64,000 nt of DNA from Candidatus Iainarchaeum sp. Its GTDB lineage: Archaea; Iainarchaeota; Iainarchaeia; Iainarchaeales; UBA10219. Below are positions 18,773 through 28,414 of the stretch, piece by piece. The translations under genes and the position numbers were made by a program. Position 1 is the stretch's first letter. Each line of letters opens with the position of its first letter. The stretch covers positions 1-64,000 of the forward strand of contig JAGVWE010000007.1 of the NCBI GenBank assembly GCA_018304425.1. The letters are read 5' to 3'. Under the pieces are notes generated by a model, which had not been told where the DNA came from, made no database searches, and saw only the letters and a program-made list of their open reading frames with translations.

Positions 18773-20083
18773 ATGAAGGAAAGGGTTCATAGCACGCAAT
18801 TAAAGCAGTTTATTGGCAAAACAGCGGTTGCCGCCGGCTGGGTGCAGGACATCCGCTTGATGGGGGGCCTCAAGTTCCTGGTCGTCAAGGACCGGGAGGG
18901 CTTCTTCCAGATTACGTTGCCCAAGAAAGCGGTTTCCGCCGAAATCTTCGCGGTTCCCGACAAGCTGACGAAGGAGTCGGTTGTGCGGGTGGAAGGAGAA
19001 GTCAAGGCCGCGGTCCAGGCGGCCGGCGGCTATGAAATCATTCCCGCGCGCCTGGAAGTGGTTTCCCTGGCCGGAGCTCCCACGCCCCTCGATACCTCGG
19101 GCAAGATAGAGTCCGGCTTGGACGCGCGCCTGGACTACCGTTTCCTCGACCTGCGCAACCACAAGAGCATTGCCTTGTTCAAGTTGCGCGCGAAGATGCT
19201 GAAGTACGTCATCGACTACTTCGAACAACAGGGGTTCATCGGCATCAACACCCCGAAGCTGACCTCGGCCGGCGTGGAGTCGGGCGCGGAATTGTTCGAA
19301 GTCAACTACTTCGGCCGGAAAGCCTGCCTCGCGCAGTCGCCGCAAATCTACAAGCAGATGATGGTGTGCGCGGGCTTCGAGAAAGTCTACGAAATCGGCG
19401 CGGTCTACCGCGCGGAAAAGTCGCAGACGACCCGGCACCTCACGGAATTCACGGGCATCGACTTCGAGATGGGATTCATTGACTCGTTCCACGACCCCAT
19501 GGACGTCATCGAAGGCATGTTCAGGCACGTGATAGCGGAGTTGAACAAGAATTGCGCAAAGGAGCTTGCCTTGTTCAACCGCAAGCCGGTTGTGCCGAAG
19601 AAAATCCCGCGGCTGTCGTTGGACGAGGCAAAGAAGCTGCTGGCCGCGCAGGGGAAGAAGATTCCGGACGGCGAGGACCTCGACCCGGAAGGCGAGCGCC
19701 TCATCGCGAAAATCGTCAAGGAAAAGTTTGGCGAGGAATTCGTTTTCCTCACCCATTACCCGTGGGGCAAGCGGCCGTTCTACCACATGCGGCCCGTGGA
19801 TGACCCGAAGGTCACGCTGTCCTTTGACCTCGTCTGGAACGGCATCGAGGTAAGCACGGGCGCGCAGCGCGAACACCGCTATGAGGTCTTGAAGGCGCAG
19901 GCCAAGGAGAAGGGCCTGGACCTGGACGCCATGAAGGACTATGCTAACCTGTTCAAGTACGGGGCGCCCCCCCACGGGGGAGCGGGCCTGGGCCTGGACC
20001 GGTTCGTGGAATGCCTCCTGGAACTGGACAACATCCGGGAGGGAATCCTGTTGCCGCGTGACCCGATCCGGCTCACGCCCTGA
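18773..20083 (+). CDS. aspS: Aspartyl-tRNA synthetase, archaeal type
   Basis: LAQSPQIYKQ, YRAEKS, GAQREH, PPHGGAGLGLDR. Confidence 0.95.
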   Translation: MKERVHSTQLKQFIGKTAVAAGWVQDIRLMGGLKFLVVKDREGFFQITLPKKAVSAEIFAVPDKLTKESVVRVEGEVKAAVQAAGGYEIIPARLEVVSLAGAPTPLDTSGKIESGLDARLDYRFLDLRNHKSIALFKLRAKMLKYVIDYFEQQGFIGINTPKLTSAGVESGAELFEVNYFGRKACLAQSPQIYKQMMVCAGFEKVYEIGAVYRAEKSQTTRHLTEFTGIDFEMGFIDSFHDPMDVIEGMFRHVIAELNKNCAKELALFNRKPVVPKKIPRLSLDEAKKLLAAQGKKIPDGEDLDPEGERLIAKIVKEKFGEEFVFLTHYPWGKRPFYHMRPVDDPKVTLSFDLVWNGIEVSTGAQREHRYEVLKAQAKEKGLDLDAMKDYANLFKYGAPPHGGAGLGLDRFVECLLELDNIREGILLPRDPIRLTP

Positions 20084-20095
20084 ACGAGGAAAACC

Positions 20096-21430
20096 ATGCC
20101 ACAAATCAAGCCAGAAAACCTTTCCACGCGCCTGGATGACCCGTCTTTTACGCCCGTGGCCCGCGTGCTGGCAGCCGGGAAGGGCCGGTTCAAGGTCAGG
20201 GGCTGGATCAAGCGCAAGCGCGACCAGAAGGGGAAAATCTTCTTCGTGTTCCGCGACGCCTCCGGGGAGATGCAGGTCGTGGTCGACGAGGCCAGGGTGT
20301 CCAAGGAAGACTATGGCTTGGCGGGCAAGCTCCAGATGGAGTCCAGCGTCTTCTTCGAAGGCGAGGCCAGGGCCGATGAGCGCGCGCCGGGCGGAGCCGA
20401 ATTGCACGTTTCAAGCGTTACGCCGGTCTGGGTGGGCAAGGAGTTTCCCATCCAGAAGGACTTGAGCGAGGACTTCCTCTTGGACGTCAGGCACCTGTGG
20501 CTGCGGAGCGGCCGAATGGGCGCCGCGTTGAGGGTGCGGGCCGGCGTGCACCAGGCCTTCCGGGACTTCATGGCCGCGAAGGGCTACCGGGAAATCCACA
20601 ACCCCTCCTTTGTCTCGGGCGCGGTGGAGGGCGGCTCGACCTTGTTCGAGGTACCCTACTTCGGCAAAAAAGTCTTCTTGACTCAATCAGGCCAGTTCTA
20701 CAACGAGGCCTACGTCTTCGGTTTGGAACGGATTTGGGGCATCGCGCCCAGCTTCCGCGCCGAGAAGTCGAGGACGCGGCGGCACTTGACCGAGTTCTGG
20801 CACGCGGAAATGGAGGCGGCCTGGATGCAGTTGCCGGAACTCATCGACTTCTGCCAGGAAATGGTTGTTTCCATCGCGCAGGATGCCCGGGAAAAGTTTC
20901 CCAACGAGTTGAAGCTGTTGGGCCGCGACCCCAATGACTTGAAGAGAGTCGACAAGCCCTTTGAGCGCTTTACTTACCGGAAAATCTTGGAAGCAGCGAA
21001 AGAGAAGTTCCCGGACTTGCGGTTCGGCTCGGACCTGGGCGAGGCCGAGGAACGCGAGATAACCAAGGACTTCACGAAGCCGATTGTGGTGACGCATTAC
21101 CCGGCCAGCCTCAAGCCCTTCTATCACCGCCCCAACCCGGCGGACGAGGAGACCGTGTTGTGCTGTGACTTCCTGGCCCCCGAAGGCTATGGGGAAATCA
21201 TTGGCGGAGGGGAAAGGTGTTGGACGCTGGACGAGGTCGTGGGCCGCATGAAGGCGGAAAAGCTCGACCCAAAGGCCTACGAGTGGTACTTGGACCTCCG
21301 AAGGTATGGGGCCGTGCCGCACTCGGGGTTCGGCCTGGGCCTTGAAAGGCTGACGACCTGGCTCTGCAAGCTCCCCCACATCCGGGAAGTCATCGGGTTC
21401 CCACGGACCATGAACCGGTTCTATCCGTGA
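20096..21430 (+). CDS. asnS: Asparaginyl-tRNA synthetase
   Basis: EGGSTLF, LTQSGQFY, FRAEKSRTRRHL, GEIIGGGER, PHSGFGLGLER. Confidence 0.93.
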   Translation: MPQIKPENLSTRLDDPSFTPVARVLAAGKGRFKVRGWIKRKRDQKGKIFFVFRDASGEMQVVVDEARVSKEDYGLAGKLQMESSVFFEGEARADERAPGGAELHVSSVTPVWVGKEFPIQKDLSEDFLLDVRHLWLRSGRMGAALRVRAGVHQAFRDFMAAKGYREIHNPSFVSGAVEGGSTLFEVPYFGKKVFLTQSGQFYNEAYVFGLERIWGIAPSFRAEKSRTRRHLTEFWHAEMEAAWMQLPELIDFCQEMVVSIAQDAREKFPNELKLLGRDPNDLKRVDKPFERFTYRKILEAAKEKFPDLRFGSDLGEAEEREITKDFTKPIVVTHYPASLKPFYHRPNPADEETVLCCDFLAPEGYGEIIGGGERCWTLDEVVGRMKAEKLDPKAYEWYLDLRRYGAVPHSGFGLGLERLTTWLCKLPHIREVIGFPRTMNRFYP

Positions 21431-21478
21431 GGCCGGGAGCCAGAGCGGGTTAAAAATTGGTTGCCGCTGGGTGGTGGC

Positions 21479-22258
21479 ATGAACGCGGACTTCCTGCACG
21501 TCGCCAAAAAGGCCGCGCTGGCCGGCGCCAAGGCCATTCAGCGCGTGCAGGCAAATGGTTTCCGCGTGCGTTACAAGGCGGCGCGGAACCTCTTGACGGA
21601 AGCCGACCTGGCATCGCAGGCCGCCGTCCAACGCGTGCTGTCCAAGGCCTTTCCCGACCACAATTTGTTGATGGAGGAGAACCTGGATCTTCGACAGGGC
21701 TCCGAGTACACTTGGCTGGTGGATCCCCTGGATGGAACGACCAATTTCGCGCACGGTTTTCCCATGTACGCCGTGTCCATCGGCTTGGCCCGGGGAAAAG
21801 AGCCGTTGGTGGGCGTGGTCTACCACGTGCCCGCCAAGGAATGGTTCGTGGCCGTGAAAGGCAGGGGAGCCTACTTGAACGGCGAACGGATTCATGTTTC
21901 GCGCGTGAAGCGCCTGGAACGGGCCCTGGTCGCCACCGGTTTCCCCTACAAGGACCCCGGAGTCGCCAGGCAAACCGTTCACGACATCGGCCGGTTGTGG
22001 AAAAAAGTCGAGGGCATCCGCCGGGCGGGTGCGGCAGCCCTGGACCTCTGCTTTGTGGCGTGTGGTCGCCTGGACGCTTTCTGGGAGCACCGGCTTTCCC
22101 CCTGGGATTTGGCCGCAGGCCAGCTGGTCTTGCGGGAGGCAGGGGGAAAGGCAACCGACTTCAGGGGGCGGCCCGTGGACGCGTTCGCGGACTGCGTGGT
22201 GGCTTCGAACAAGGCCATTCACCTGCCGTTGTTGAAGGCATTGGGGGGAAGGAAGTGA
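21479..22258 (+). CDS. suhB: Inositol monophosphatase family protein
   Basis: DPLDGTTNF and WDLAAG motifs. Confidence 0.9.
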   Translation: MNADFLHVAKKAALAGAKAIQRVQANGFRVRYKAARNLLTEADLASQAAVQRVLSKAFPDHNLLMEENLDLRQGSEYTWLVDPLDGTTNFAHGFPMYAVSIGLARGKEPLVGVVYHVPAKEWFVAVKGRGAYLNGERIHVSRVKRLERALVATGFPYKDPGVARQTVHDIGRLWKKVEGIRRAGAAALDLCFVACGRLDAFWEHRLSPWDLAAGQLVLREAGGKATDFRGRPVDAFADCVVASNKAIHLPLLKALGGRK

Positions 22259-22998
22259 AGCTGACCGTGCTGGGCTCTGGGGTCCTCGTCCCCCAGGCAG
22301 GGCACGCGCCGTCCTGTTACTTCCTGGAGGCGGGCGGCAAGCGCTTGTTGTTTGACGCGGGTTCGGGGAGCTTGCAGCAGCTGGTGCGTGCGGGCCTCGA
22401 CTACCGGAAAATCGACGCGTTTTTTTTCTCGCACCTGCACCCCGACCACGTCCACGAGTTGCCCATGTTTTTCGTGGCGGCTGGCCTGGACAAGGCGAAC
22501 AAGGCCAAGCGGTTCACGGTGTTCGGTCCGAAGGGCATCAAACGGTTTTTTGCAAAATGCCTCGACTTGTATCCGTTCATGAAACGGTTGCCGGTGAAGA
22601 CGCGGTTCAGGGAATTGGCGGACACGAGCCTGAGGTTGGGCGGCGTCAAGGTGCGGTCCGCAATCGTCCAGCACACCGTGGGCGCGTTGGCGTACCGCGT
22701 GGAGGCCGGGAAGAAGTCGTTCGTTTTTTCCGGGGACTCGGAGGACTGCCTGGCCCTGCGCAAGCTGTGCTGGAAAGCCGACCTGGCCATGCTCGAGTGC
22801 TCGAGCCCGCGCAAGCCGTTTTCGGGGCACCTAACGGCCCTCGATTGCGGGGCCCTTGCCTCGGCGTGCGGCGTGAAGCACCTGGTGTTGTCGCATCTTT
22901 ATCCGGCGAGCGTGAAGGCAAACGTGAAGGGGCTGGCGGGAAAACGGTTTAAGGGAAAAATAAGGGTGGCCCGCGACTTTTCCGTCATCCCTTTTTAG
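22255..22998 (+). CDS. MBL-fold hydrolase, RNase Z/BN-like
   Basis: GTG start overlapping upstream stop; VLGSG, DAGSG, SHLHPDH, SGD, SHLYP. Confidence 0.85.
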   Translation: MKLTVLGSGVLVPQAGHAPSCYFLEAGGKRLLFDAGSGSLQQLVRAGLDYRKIDAFFFSHLHPDHVHELPMFFVAAGLDKANKAKRFTVFGPKGIKRFFAKCLDLYPFMKRLPVKTRFRELADTSLRLGGVKVRSAIVQHTVGALAYRVEAGKKSFVFSGDSEDCLALRKLCWKADLAMLECSSPRKPFSGHLTALDCGALASACGVKHLVLSHLYPASVKANVKGLAGKRFKGKIRVARDFSVIPF

Positions 22999-23677
22999 CG
23001 ATGGCCAGGTAACCAATGGAGGCCTTGTCGTTGTAGAACCAGGCGTCCAGGGTCTTGCCGAGGACGTTCAGGAACGGGAATGCGAGGAACCACATCACGC
23101 GTTTCGTGAACCAGTTTTCCCAGGGCCTGCGGCCGAATACGGCGTGCTTTGCCAGGAGGGCCAGGATCTGGAAGTAGCATTGGATGAAGCCCCCCAGCGG
23201 CCGGACTTCCACGCTTGAAAAGCCCGCGAACAGCCGTTGAAAGCCGTGGGGCATGAACCGCCACTTGGGGTTGGGCGGGTCGAACAAGGGGTAGGTGCCG
23301 GGCGCGGAAACGAAGGCGACCCCGTTTTTTTTGAGGACGCGGTGCATTTCCCGGGCCGCGTGGAACGGGTCGTCAAAGTATTGGAGGACCTGCGTGCACA
23401 GGACAACGTCAAAGGAGGCCGGTTTGAAGGGCAGGCTTTCCCCGCGTCCGCGGACGTCCGGCAAACCGTTCTCGCCTGGCTCCAAGCCGATGACTTTCCT
23501 TGCCTTGCCTTCGAAGAAGGGCTGGTACTTTTTCCAGCCACAGCCAATGTCGAGCACGAGCAGATTCCGGCCTTTCACGTGTCCTTCAACGGCTTTGCGG
23601 AGTTCCCAGTAGAGGGTCCCGAGTTCGAGGAAGAGGTAGTGCCGTATGCCGGGGTTGACCACGATTTCCTCGGACAT
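22985..23677 (-). CDS. Class I SAM-dependent methyltransferase
   Basis: VLDIGCG, LPFKPASFDVV. Confidence 0.85.
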   Translation of the reverse strand: MSEEIVVNPGIRHYLFLELGTLYWELRKAVEGHVKGRNLLVLDIGCGWKKYQPFFEGKARKVIGLEPGENGLPDVRGRGESLPFKPASFDVVLCTQVLQYFDDPFHAAREMHRVLKKNGVAFVSAPGTYPLFDPPNPKWRFMPHGFQRLFAGFSSVEVRPLGGFIQCYFQILALLAKHAVFGRRPWENWFTKRVMWFLAFPFLNVLGKTLDAWFYNDKASIGYLAIAKKG

Positions 23678-23681
23678 GGTT

Positions 23682-24164
23682 TTAGCCTCCGAACATGGCT
23701 TCCAAGAGGGAGCCATGGCGGCGGATGTTCTGGGTGTCCTGTTCGGCGATGGCCTTGCGGAGGTTCCGCACGGTGTTCACTTCGCTGCCCATGCCCTTGG
23801 CACTGAAGCCTTCTTCGAGCCGTGCAAGGGCTTGCTGTAAGCCCTGCTCGGTGTTCCCGGCTTCGAGTTCGGCCTTGGCCTCGCGGTAGGATTGGACGAG
23901 CCCGGGGTCCGTTATTTTTTCGCCGTCAAAATCGGTGGAGGGTTCCCCGAAGCTGGTCAACGGGTTTTGTTCGCCTGCCGGTGGGGCGCCCATGCTTTTC
24001 TCGAGCTGGCCCGAGCCAATCAAGCCGGGCAGGCCGGCTTCGCCGAGTTTGCTGGCCGCGCTCGAAATCGTTATCACGCCGAAGAGGGCGGCGGCGAAGA
24101 AGGCAATCAGCAGCAGGTCGCGGAGGATGGCAACAACATCCCGGACGGCGGAGAGCAGGCCCAT
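23682..24164 (-). CDS. Hypothetical membrane-anchored protein
   Basis: N-terminal TM; operon spacing. Confidence 0.65.
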   Translation of the reverse strand: MGLLSAVRDVVAILRDLLLIAFFAAALFGVITISSAASKLGEAGLPGLIGSGQLEKSMGAPPAGEQNPLTSFGEPSTDFDGEKITDPGLVQSYREAKAELEAGNTEQGLQQALARLEEGFSAKGMGSEVNTVRNLRKAIAEQDTQNIRRHGSLLEAMFGG

Positions 24165-24167
24165 GCC

Positions 24168-24542
24168 CTATTCCTCGCGGTGCGGGAACTTGTGGGCCCT
24201 GGTCTTCTTGGCTTTTTTGGCGGTCGCGAGGGAAAACACGTGGTCGAGGATGCAGGCGACCAGGTACCACAATCCGAGGTTGGCCGCGAAGTTGAAGTCG
24301 TAGAAGTAATTGTAGCGGGTTTCGCCGCGGACCAAAATTTTGTAGGTTTCCAGGGGGAAGCCCACATGCCGCCGGAGTTCGCCGGTATACCTGCAGTTGG
24401 TTTCGGCGCCTGACTCGCTGGTCACGCACTGGTATTCGAGGGTGTTGACGTTGTCGCTCCACCGGATGAGGAAGACGATGATGAGTGCCACGTAAATCAG
24501 GAGCTTGCGGCTGCGTGGGTAAAGGAATTCGACTTCATCCAT
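24168..24542 (-). CDS. Hypothetical membrane protein
   Basis: Two hydrophobic segments; operon spacing. Confidence 0.6.
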   Translation of the reverse strand: MDEVEFLYPRSRKLLIYVALIIVFLIRWSDNVNTLEYQCVTSESGAETNCRYTGELRRHVGFPLETYKILVRGETRYNYFYDFNFAANLGLWYLVACILDHVFSLATAKKAKKTRAHKFPHREE

Positions 24543-24818
24543 GGAAATCGTATACCATTAGCGCTCTACCCTTTTTAACCCTTACCCCCGGAAACACCGT
24601 AAAATGCCGCAAATCGTTCTATAACCGTACTAAACTGCGGGCATTGTACCAAAATTGATTTATAAGGGGCCGGCAGCATAGGGTATTGAACGGCAAGATT
24701 CACCAACCGTTCAAACCCCTCGCATTAAGTCGTCGAAAAGGGATTGAGGTGGGGCCCTGAAGGGCATTCAATCCCTTTTTCTATTTTTCTTCGCTCTGCA
24801 TTGAATGGAGGTAAGAAT

Positions 24819-25139
24819 TTGCCTGAATCAATCGTTCATCCATGGGATGCCCTGCGGGAAGTCAGTGACGTCGCGGCCCAAAACGACGCTTTCACGCGCT
24901 TCCTGGTGTTGCTGCTCTCGGCCGCCATCCTGTTCATCGCGGTCAAAGCCTATCAGAAGAACAAGTCCGAGCGCCTCAAGTTCGTCACGCTTGCCTTCGC
25001 CTTGTTCGCGGTCAAGTGGGGGTTGAAGGTGCTGGACCTCTTCGTGAGCCCGGGCAACTTTTTCAATGACGCCAGCGAAAACGTGTTCGAGTTGTTGATT
25101 CTGGGCTCGCTTTTCACGGCGCTCTTCCGGAAAGAATGA
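24819..25139 (+). CDS. Small 3-TM membrane protein
   Basis: GGAGGT RBS plus TTG start; three hydrophobic helices. Confidence 0.65.
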   Translation: MPESIVHPWDALREVSDVAAQNDAFTRFLVLLLSAAILFIAVKAYQKNKSERLKFVTLAFALFAVKWGLKVLDLFVSPGNFFNDASENVFELLILGSLFTALFRKE

Positions 25140-25162
25140 TGCGTTGGTGCGTGGGTGCCTGA

Positions 25163-25699
25163 ATGGATGACGCCGAGCAAGCCCTGGAGTTGAACGTCCG
25201 GAACCGCTTATACGACGCCGTCAACGAGAGCCCGGGCCTGCACTTCCGGGAACTCCAGAGGCGAACCGGCATCGCGGTCGGCAGCCTCCAATACCACCTG
25301 GACTTCCTGGAACGCGTGCACCTGGTGCGGAAAGTAAGGGAAGGCAAGTTCACCCGCTATTACTCGGTGCGCGGCGAACAGTTGGGGGAAGGGCAGCGCG
25401 TCATGTCCCTCATCAGGCAGGACAGCATCCGCCGCATCGTGTTGTTCCTCCTGCACCCGAGGCCCCGGCAAGCCAATAACCTCGAGATCAGCCGGGGCAT
25501 CGGGTTGAGCCCTTCCACGGTCTCCTGGCACCTCCAGAAAATGCTGGAAGCCAACCTGGCCCTCAAAGAGCAAAGGGGCAGGGAAGCCTTTTTCTCGCTT
25601 GCCAACCCCGTGCAGGTGGCCCAGCTCCTCGTCCAGCACCGGAAGTCCTTCTTGGACGAACTCGTGGACAACTTCGCCGAAGTATGGCAACAGATTTAG
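25163..25699 (+). CDS. Tandem winged-helix transcription regulator
   Basis: PGLHFRELQR...GSLQYHL and LSPSTVSWHL. Confidence 0.85.
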   Translation: MDDAEQALELNVRNRLYDAVNESPGLHFRELQRRTGIAVGSLQYHLDFLERVHLVRKVREGKFTRYYSVRGEQLGEGQRVMSLIRQDSIRRIVLFLLHPRPRQANNLEISRGIGLSPSTVSWHLQKMLEANLALKEQRGREAFFSLANPVQVAQLLVQHRKSFLDELVDNFAEVWQQI

Positions 25700-25709
25700 G
25701 GGGAAAGGA

Positions 25710-26621
25710 ATGCCAGCCCCTTTTCTGCCGGAAGCCTTCGTGGAAAAGTTCACGCGCTTGCTGGGCAGCGAAGCCGAAGAATTCTTCGCGTACTCCCGGC
25801 GAAAGCTGGGCAAGAGTTTCCGCGTGAACCCCTTGAAGGCAGTCATGCCTGCCGTGCAAGCCTCGCTGGAACGACAGGGCTTCGGGCTCGAGCCGCTCTC
25901 CTTTTCCCCGGAAGCGTTCCGGGTGCCGGGGGAAAACATTGAGCTTGGCAAGACTCCGGAGTATGCCCTGGGCTCGATTGCCGTGCAGGAAGCGAGTTCC
26001 ATGGTTCCAGCGCTCGTCCTGGCCCCGCAGCCCGGCCAACTCGTGCTGGACGCCTGTGCCGCGCCGGGCAGCAAGACCTCGCAAATGGCGGCGCTCATGG
26101 AGAACCAGGGCGGCATCCTGGCCTTGGACGTCAACCGGGAACGCGTGAAGTCCTTGAAGTTCACCCTGGGCCGGCTGGGCGTGGCGAATACCGTGGTTGC
26201 CTTGAACGATGCCACTAAAACCGCGTTTCCCGCCTTGTTTGACCGGGTTTTACTGGATGCCCCGTGCTCGTCCGAGGGCCTGGTCCGCAAGCGCCTGGAT
26301 GCCTTAAAGGGCTGGAGCCCCCGCCTCGTGGAATACAAGGCCAGGCTCCAAAAAAAGCTCATCCTGAAAGCCTTTGACGCGTTAAAGGAGGGCGGGCAAC
26401 TGGTTTACTCGACGTGCACGCTTTCCCCAGAGGAAAACGAGGAAGTGGTGCAGTTCCTACTCGCCGAGCGGCCCGCGGCCGGGTTGTTGTCGGTGAGGCT
26501 TCCCGGGTTCCGGTTTCGTCCCGGCCTCTTGGAGGGCCTGGAGGCGTGCGCGCGCGTCTTGCCCCAGGACAACGACTCGGAAGCCTTTTTCGTGGCGCGC
26601 CTCGGGAAGGGAAAAGCATGA
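25710..26621 (+). CDS. RsmB/NOP2/Sun RNA m5C methyltransferase
   Basis: LDACAAPGSKT, DAPCS, YSTCTLSPEENE. Confidence 0.92.
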   Translation: MPAPFLPEAFVEKFTRLLGSEAEEFFAYSRRKLGKSFRVNPLKAVMPAVQASLERQGFGLEPLSFSPEAFRVPGENIELGKTPEYALGSIAVQEASSMVPALVLAPQPGQLVLDACAAPGSKTSQMAALMENQGGILALDVNRERVKSLKFTLGRLGVANTVVALNDATKTAFPALFDRVLLDAPCSSEGLVRKRLDALKGWSPRLVEYKARLQKKLILKAFDALKEGGQLVYSTCTLSPEENEEVVQFLLAERPAAGLLSVRLPGFRFRPGLLEGLEACARVLPQDNDSEAFFVARLGKGKA

Positions 26622-26908
26622 CCTTTGAACCCGTGTCGGACGCCGAAGCCCGTCGGCTGGTGAATGCCTTGGCCCAACAATTCGGCGAAGGCATGCGCGG
26701 GTTCTTCGAGGGAAAAGTGTTTTTCGCGCGCGGCAACCACGCGTGGCTCGCGACTAGGGAATGCATGGAACTTATTCGGTCCTGCCGCGGCGTGAACGTC
26801 CAACAGCCGGGGTTGCTGGCGTTGGTGGACGTGAAGGCGTGCACGCCGTCCAGGGAACTCGCCGGCCTGCTGCAGGCCGTTTCACCTGGTTTAGGCAGAT
26901 TTGTTTAA
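26618..26908 (+). CDS. Hypothetical protein
   Basis: ATGA-coupled to the m5C methyltransferase gene. Confidence 0.55.
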   Translation: MTFEPVSDAEARRLVNALAQQFGEGMRGFFEGKVFFARGNHAWLATRECMELIRSCRGVNVQQPGLLALVDVKACTPSRELAGLLQAVSPGLGRFV

Positions 26909-27768
26909 GCGGATGGGCTCCTTGTTGGATGCCCGGCCTCTTGCGGCCGTGAACCGGTTACCGGGTGCGTGGCGGGCAGCCGGGTCACGCACAGGGATTG
27001 CACGTACAGGTGGCTACTGGGCTGCTCCTGCCATTCATTGCGGAGTTCGGCGTGGAGGCCCTGCGAGGCGAACGCCTGCCTAATGTTGCTGTCGCTCATG
27101 AGTTCGGGGCGAATGACTTCGATGTAGGCGCGTCCGTCAGGTGTCAGTATCTGGTTCAGTAAACCGGCCAGGTACTTGGGGTGCAGGGTCTGCGTTTCGC
27201 CGGCATGGCAGACGACGAAGTGGAATGTTTTGCCTTGTTTCACAAATCTAGAGATGAGCCGCTCAATGCGTCCCACGCGATAATCGTCAAGTTCCTTGAA
27301 TGGATATATGGCCTGCTTTGGGGCCTTGGGAGTCGGGCGGGCCACTCTTTCACGTGGAAGCGGCGGCCTGCGCAGGCCCGTTGCGGTGACCTCCACGGTG
27401 TCTTTGAACAAGGTCTTGATGCCGCGGGCGAGAATTGCGTTTCCGGCGCTGAGCTCGAGCACCCGCACCTGCTCTGTTTCAGGGATTTCGGTCTGCTTTT
27501 TCCCGACTTCGGTTCCAAGGTCGGTTCTGAAGACTTCCACGAATTTCCGCCGGCCGCTGTGCGTGTAATAGGCTAGATTTCGTCTCCCACGTATGCCGAC
27601 CAGGTCCTGCCTGCGCGCCCGCTGGAACATCCGGGCTTCTGACGTCCGGCCGCTGAGCCTTCCGCGTATTTTGATTCCAAGGGTCTTCAGCCGGGTTCGG
27701 GTTCCCTGTGCGGCCCTTTGCAGTGTTTCCATTAAGCGGCGCATAGCTACCCTAGATATGGGCGCCAT
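26905..27768 (-). CDS. Hypothetical protein with SAM-methyltransferase-like fold
   Basis: RVLELSAGNA and ILTPDGRAYI motifs; Arg-rich N-terminus. Confidence 0.55.
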   Translation of the reverse strand: MAPISRVAMRRLMETLQRAAQGTRTRLKTLGIKIRGRLSGRTSEARMFQRARRQDLVGIRGRRNLAYYTHSGRRKFVEVFRTDLGTEVGKKQTEIPETEQVRVLELSAGNAILARGIKTLFKDTVEVTATGLRRPPLPRERVARPTPKAPKQAIYPFKELDDYRVGRIERLISRFVKQGKTFHFVVCHAGETQTLHPKYLAGLLNQILTPDGRAYIEVIRPELMSDSNIRQAFASQGLHAELRNEWQEQPSSHLYVQSLCVTRLPATHPVTGSRPQEAGHPTRSPSA

Positions 27769-27793
27769 GGAAGAATAAAAGCTTTATGGGGAG

Positions 27794-27868
27794 TGGGCAG
27801 GGGCGGATTTGAACCGCCGACCTCTCCGTTATCAGCGGAGTGCTCCAACCAGACTAAGCTACCCGCCC
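27794..27868 (-). tRNA. tRNA-Ile(GAT)
   Basis: Cloverleaf; anticodon arm CTCCG-CTGATAA-CGGAG; GGTTCAAATCC T-loop. Confidence 0.95.
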
Positions 27869-27948
27869 AAGGGGCTGACAAGCCGGATTCCACCTAATTC
27901 GGTAGGAAAACCTTTATATGCCTTTTCAGCGCCCTTACTGTAGGCTTT

Positions 27949-28114
27949 AGCCCCATCGTCTAGTGGCCAAGGATACAGGGCTTTGAACCCGCCCTTTTCT
28001 TTCTTTGAAAGAAAGAAAAGTGCAGGGTGCCCAAAAGAAAGAAACGGCTCTTTTGGTGTGCCTTCAATGTGGGGAAGATACCCTGGGACAGGAGTTCGAA
28101 TCTCCTTGGGGCTA
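27949..28114 (+). tRNA. tRNA-Gln(TTG) with 93-nt intron at 37/38 (27987-28079)
   Basis: A1-U72 acceptor; BHB with CTTT/GAAG central helix, 3-nt bulges, CCCGC/GTGGG outer helix. Confidence 0.9.
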
Positions 28115-28189
28115 TCCGCTCACGCGGCGGATGGGCGCGCATACGTCGGCCCATCTGCGATGGGCCATAAATAGTCTCGTGGTGCAACA

Positions 28190-28378
28190 ATGGGTTTCCT
28201 GGATTTCCTGAAAAAAAAGGGCGGGCAACCAGCCGGCGGAGAAGGCCTCGCCGAAGGCAAGTACGCCGAGGCCTGCACGCTCTGTGGGAAAGCCCCCACC
28301 GACAAGAAGTGGATGGCCCAGTTCTTCCACAAGAAATGCTTCCGCAAGATGAAGAAAGCCGGGAAAGGAATGATATAG
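28190..28378 (+). CDS. Small zinc-finger protein
   Basis: CTLCGK...HKKC. Confidence 0.65.
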   Translation: MGFLDFLKKKGGQPAGGEGLAEGKYAEACTLCGKAPTDKKWMAQFFHKKCFRKMKKAGKGMI

Positions 28379-28414
28379 CGCAGCGTTGCGAATGAAAAAC
28401 AAGATGGGCAAAAA

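Noticed and set aside
21457-22254. 513-aa ORF suggesting a long N-terminal extension on the RNase Z-like protein
   Set aside because: The extension overlaps the IMPase gene in another frame; a GTG with RBS at 22255 explains the gene.
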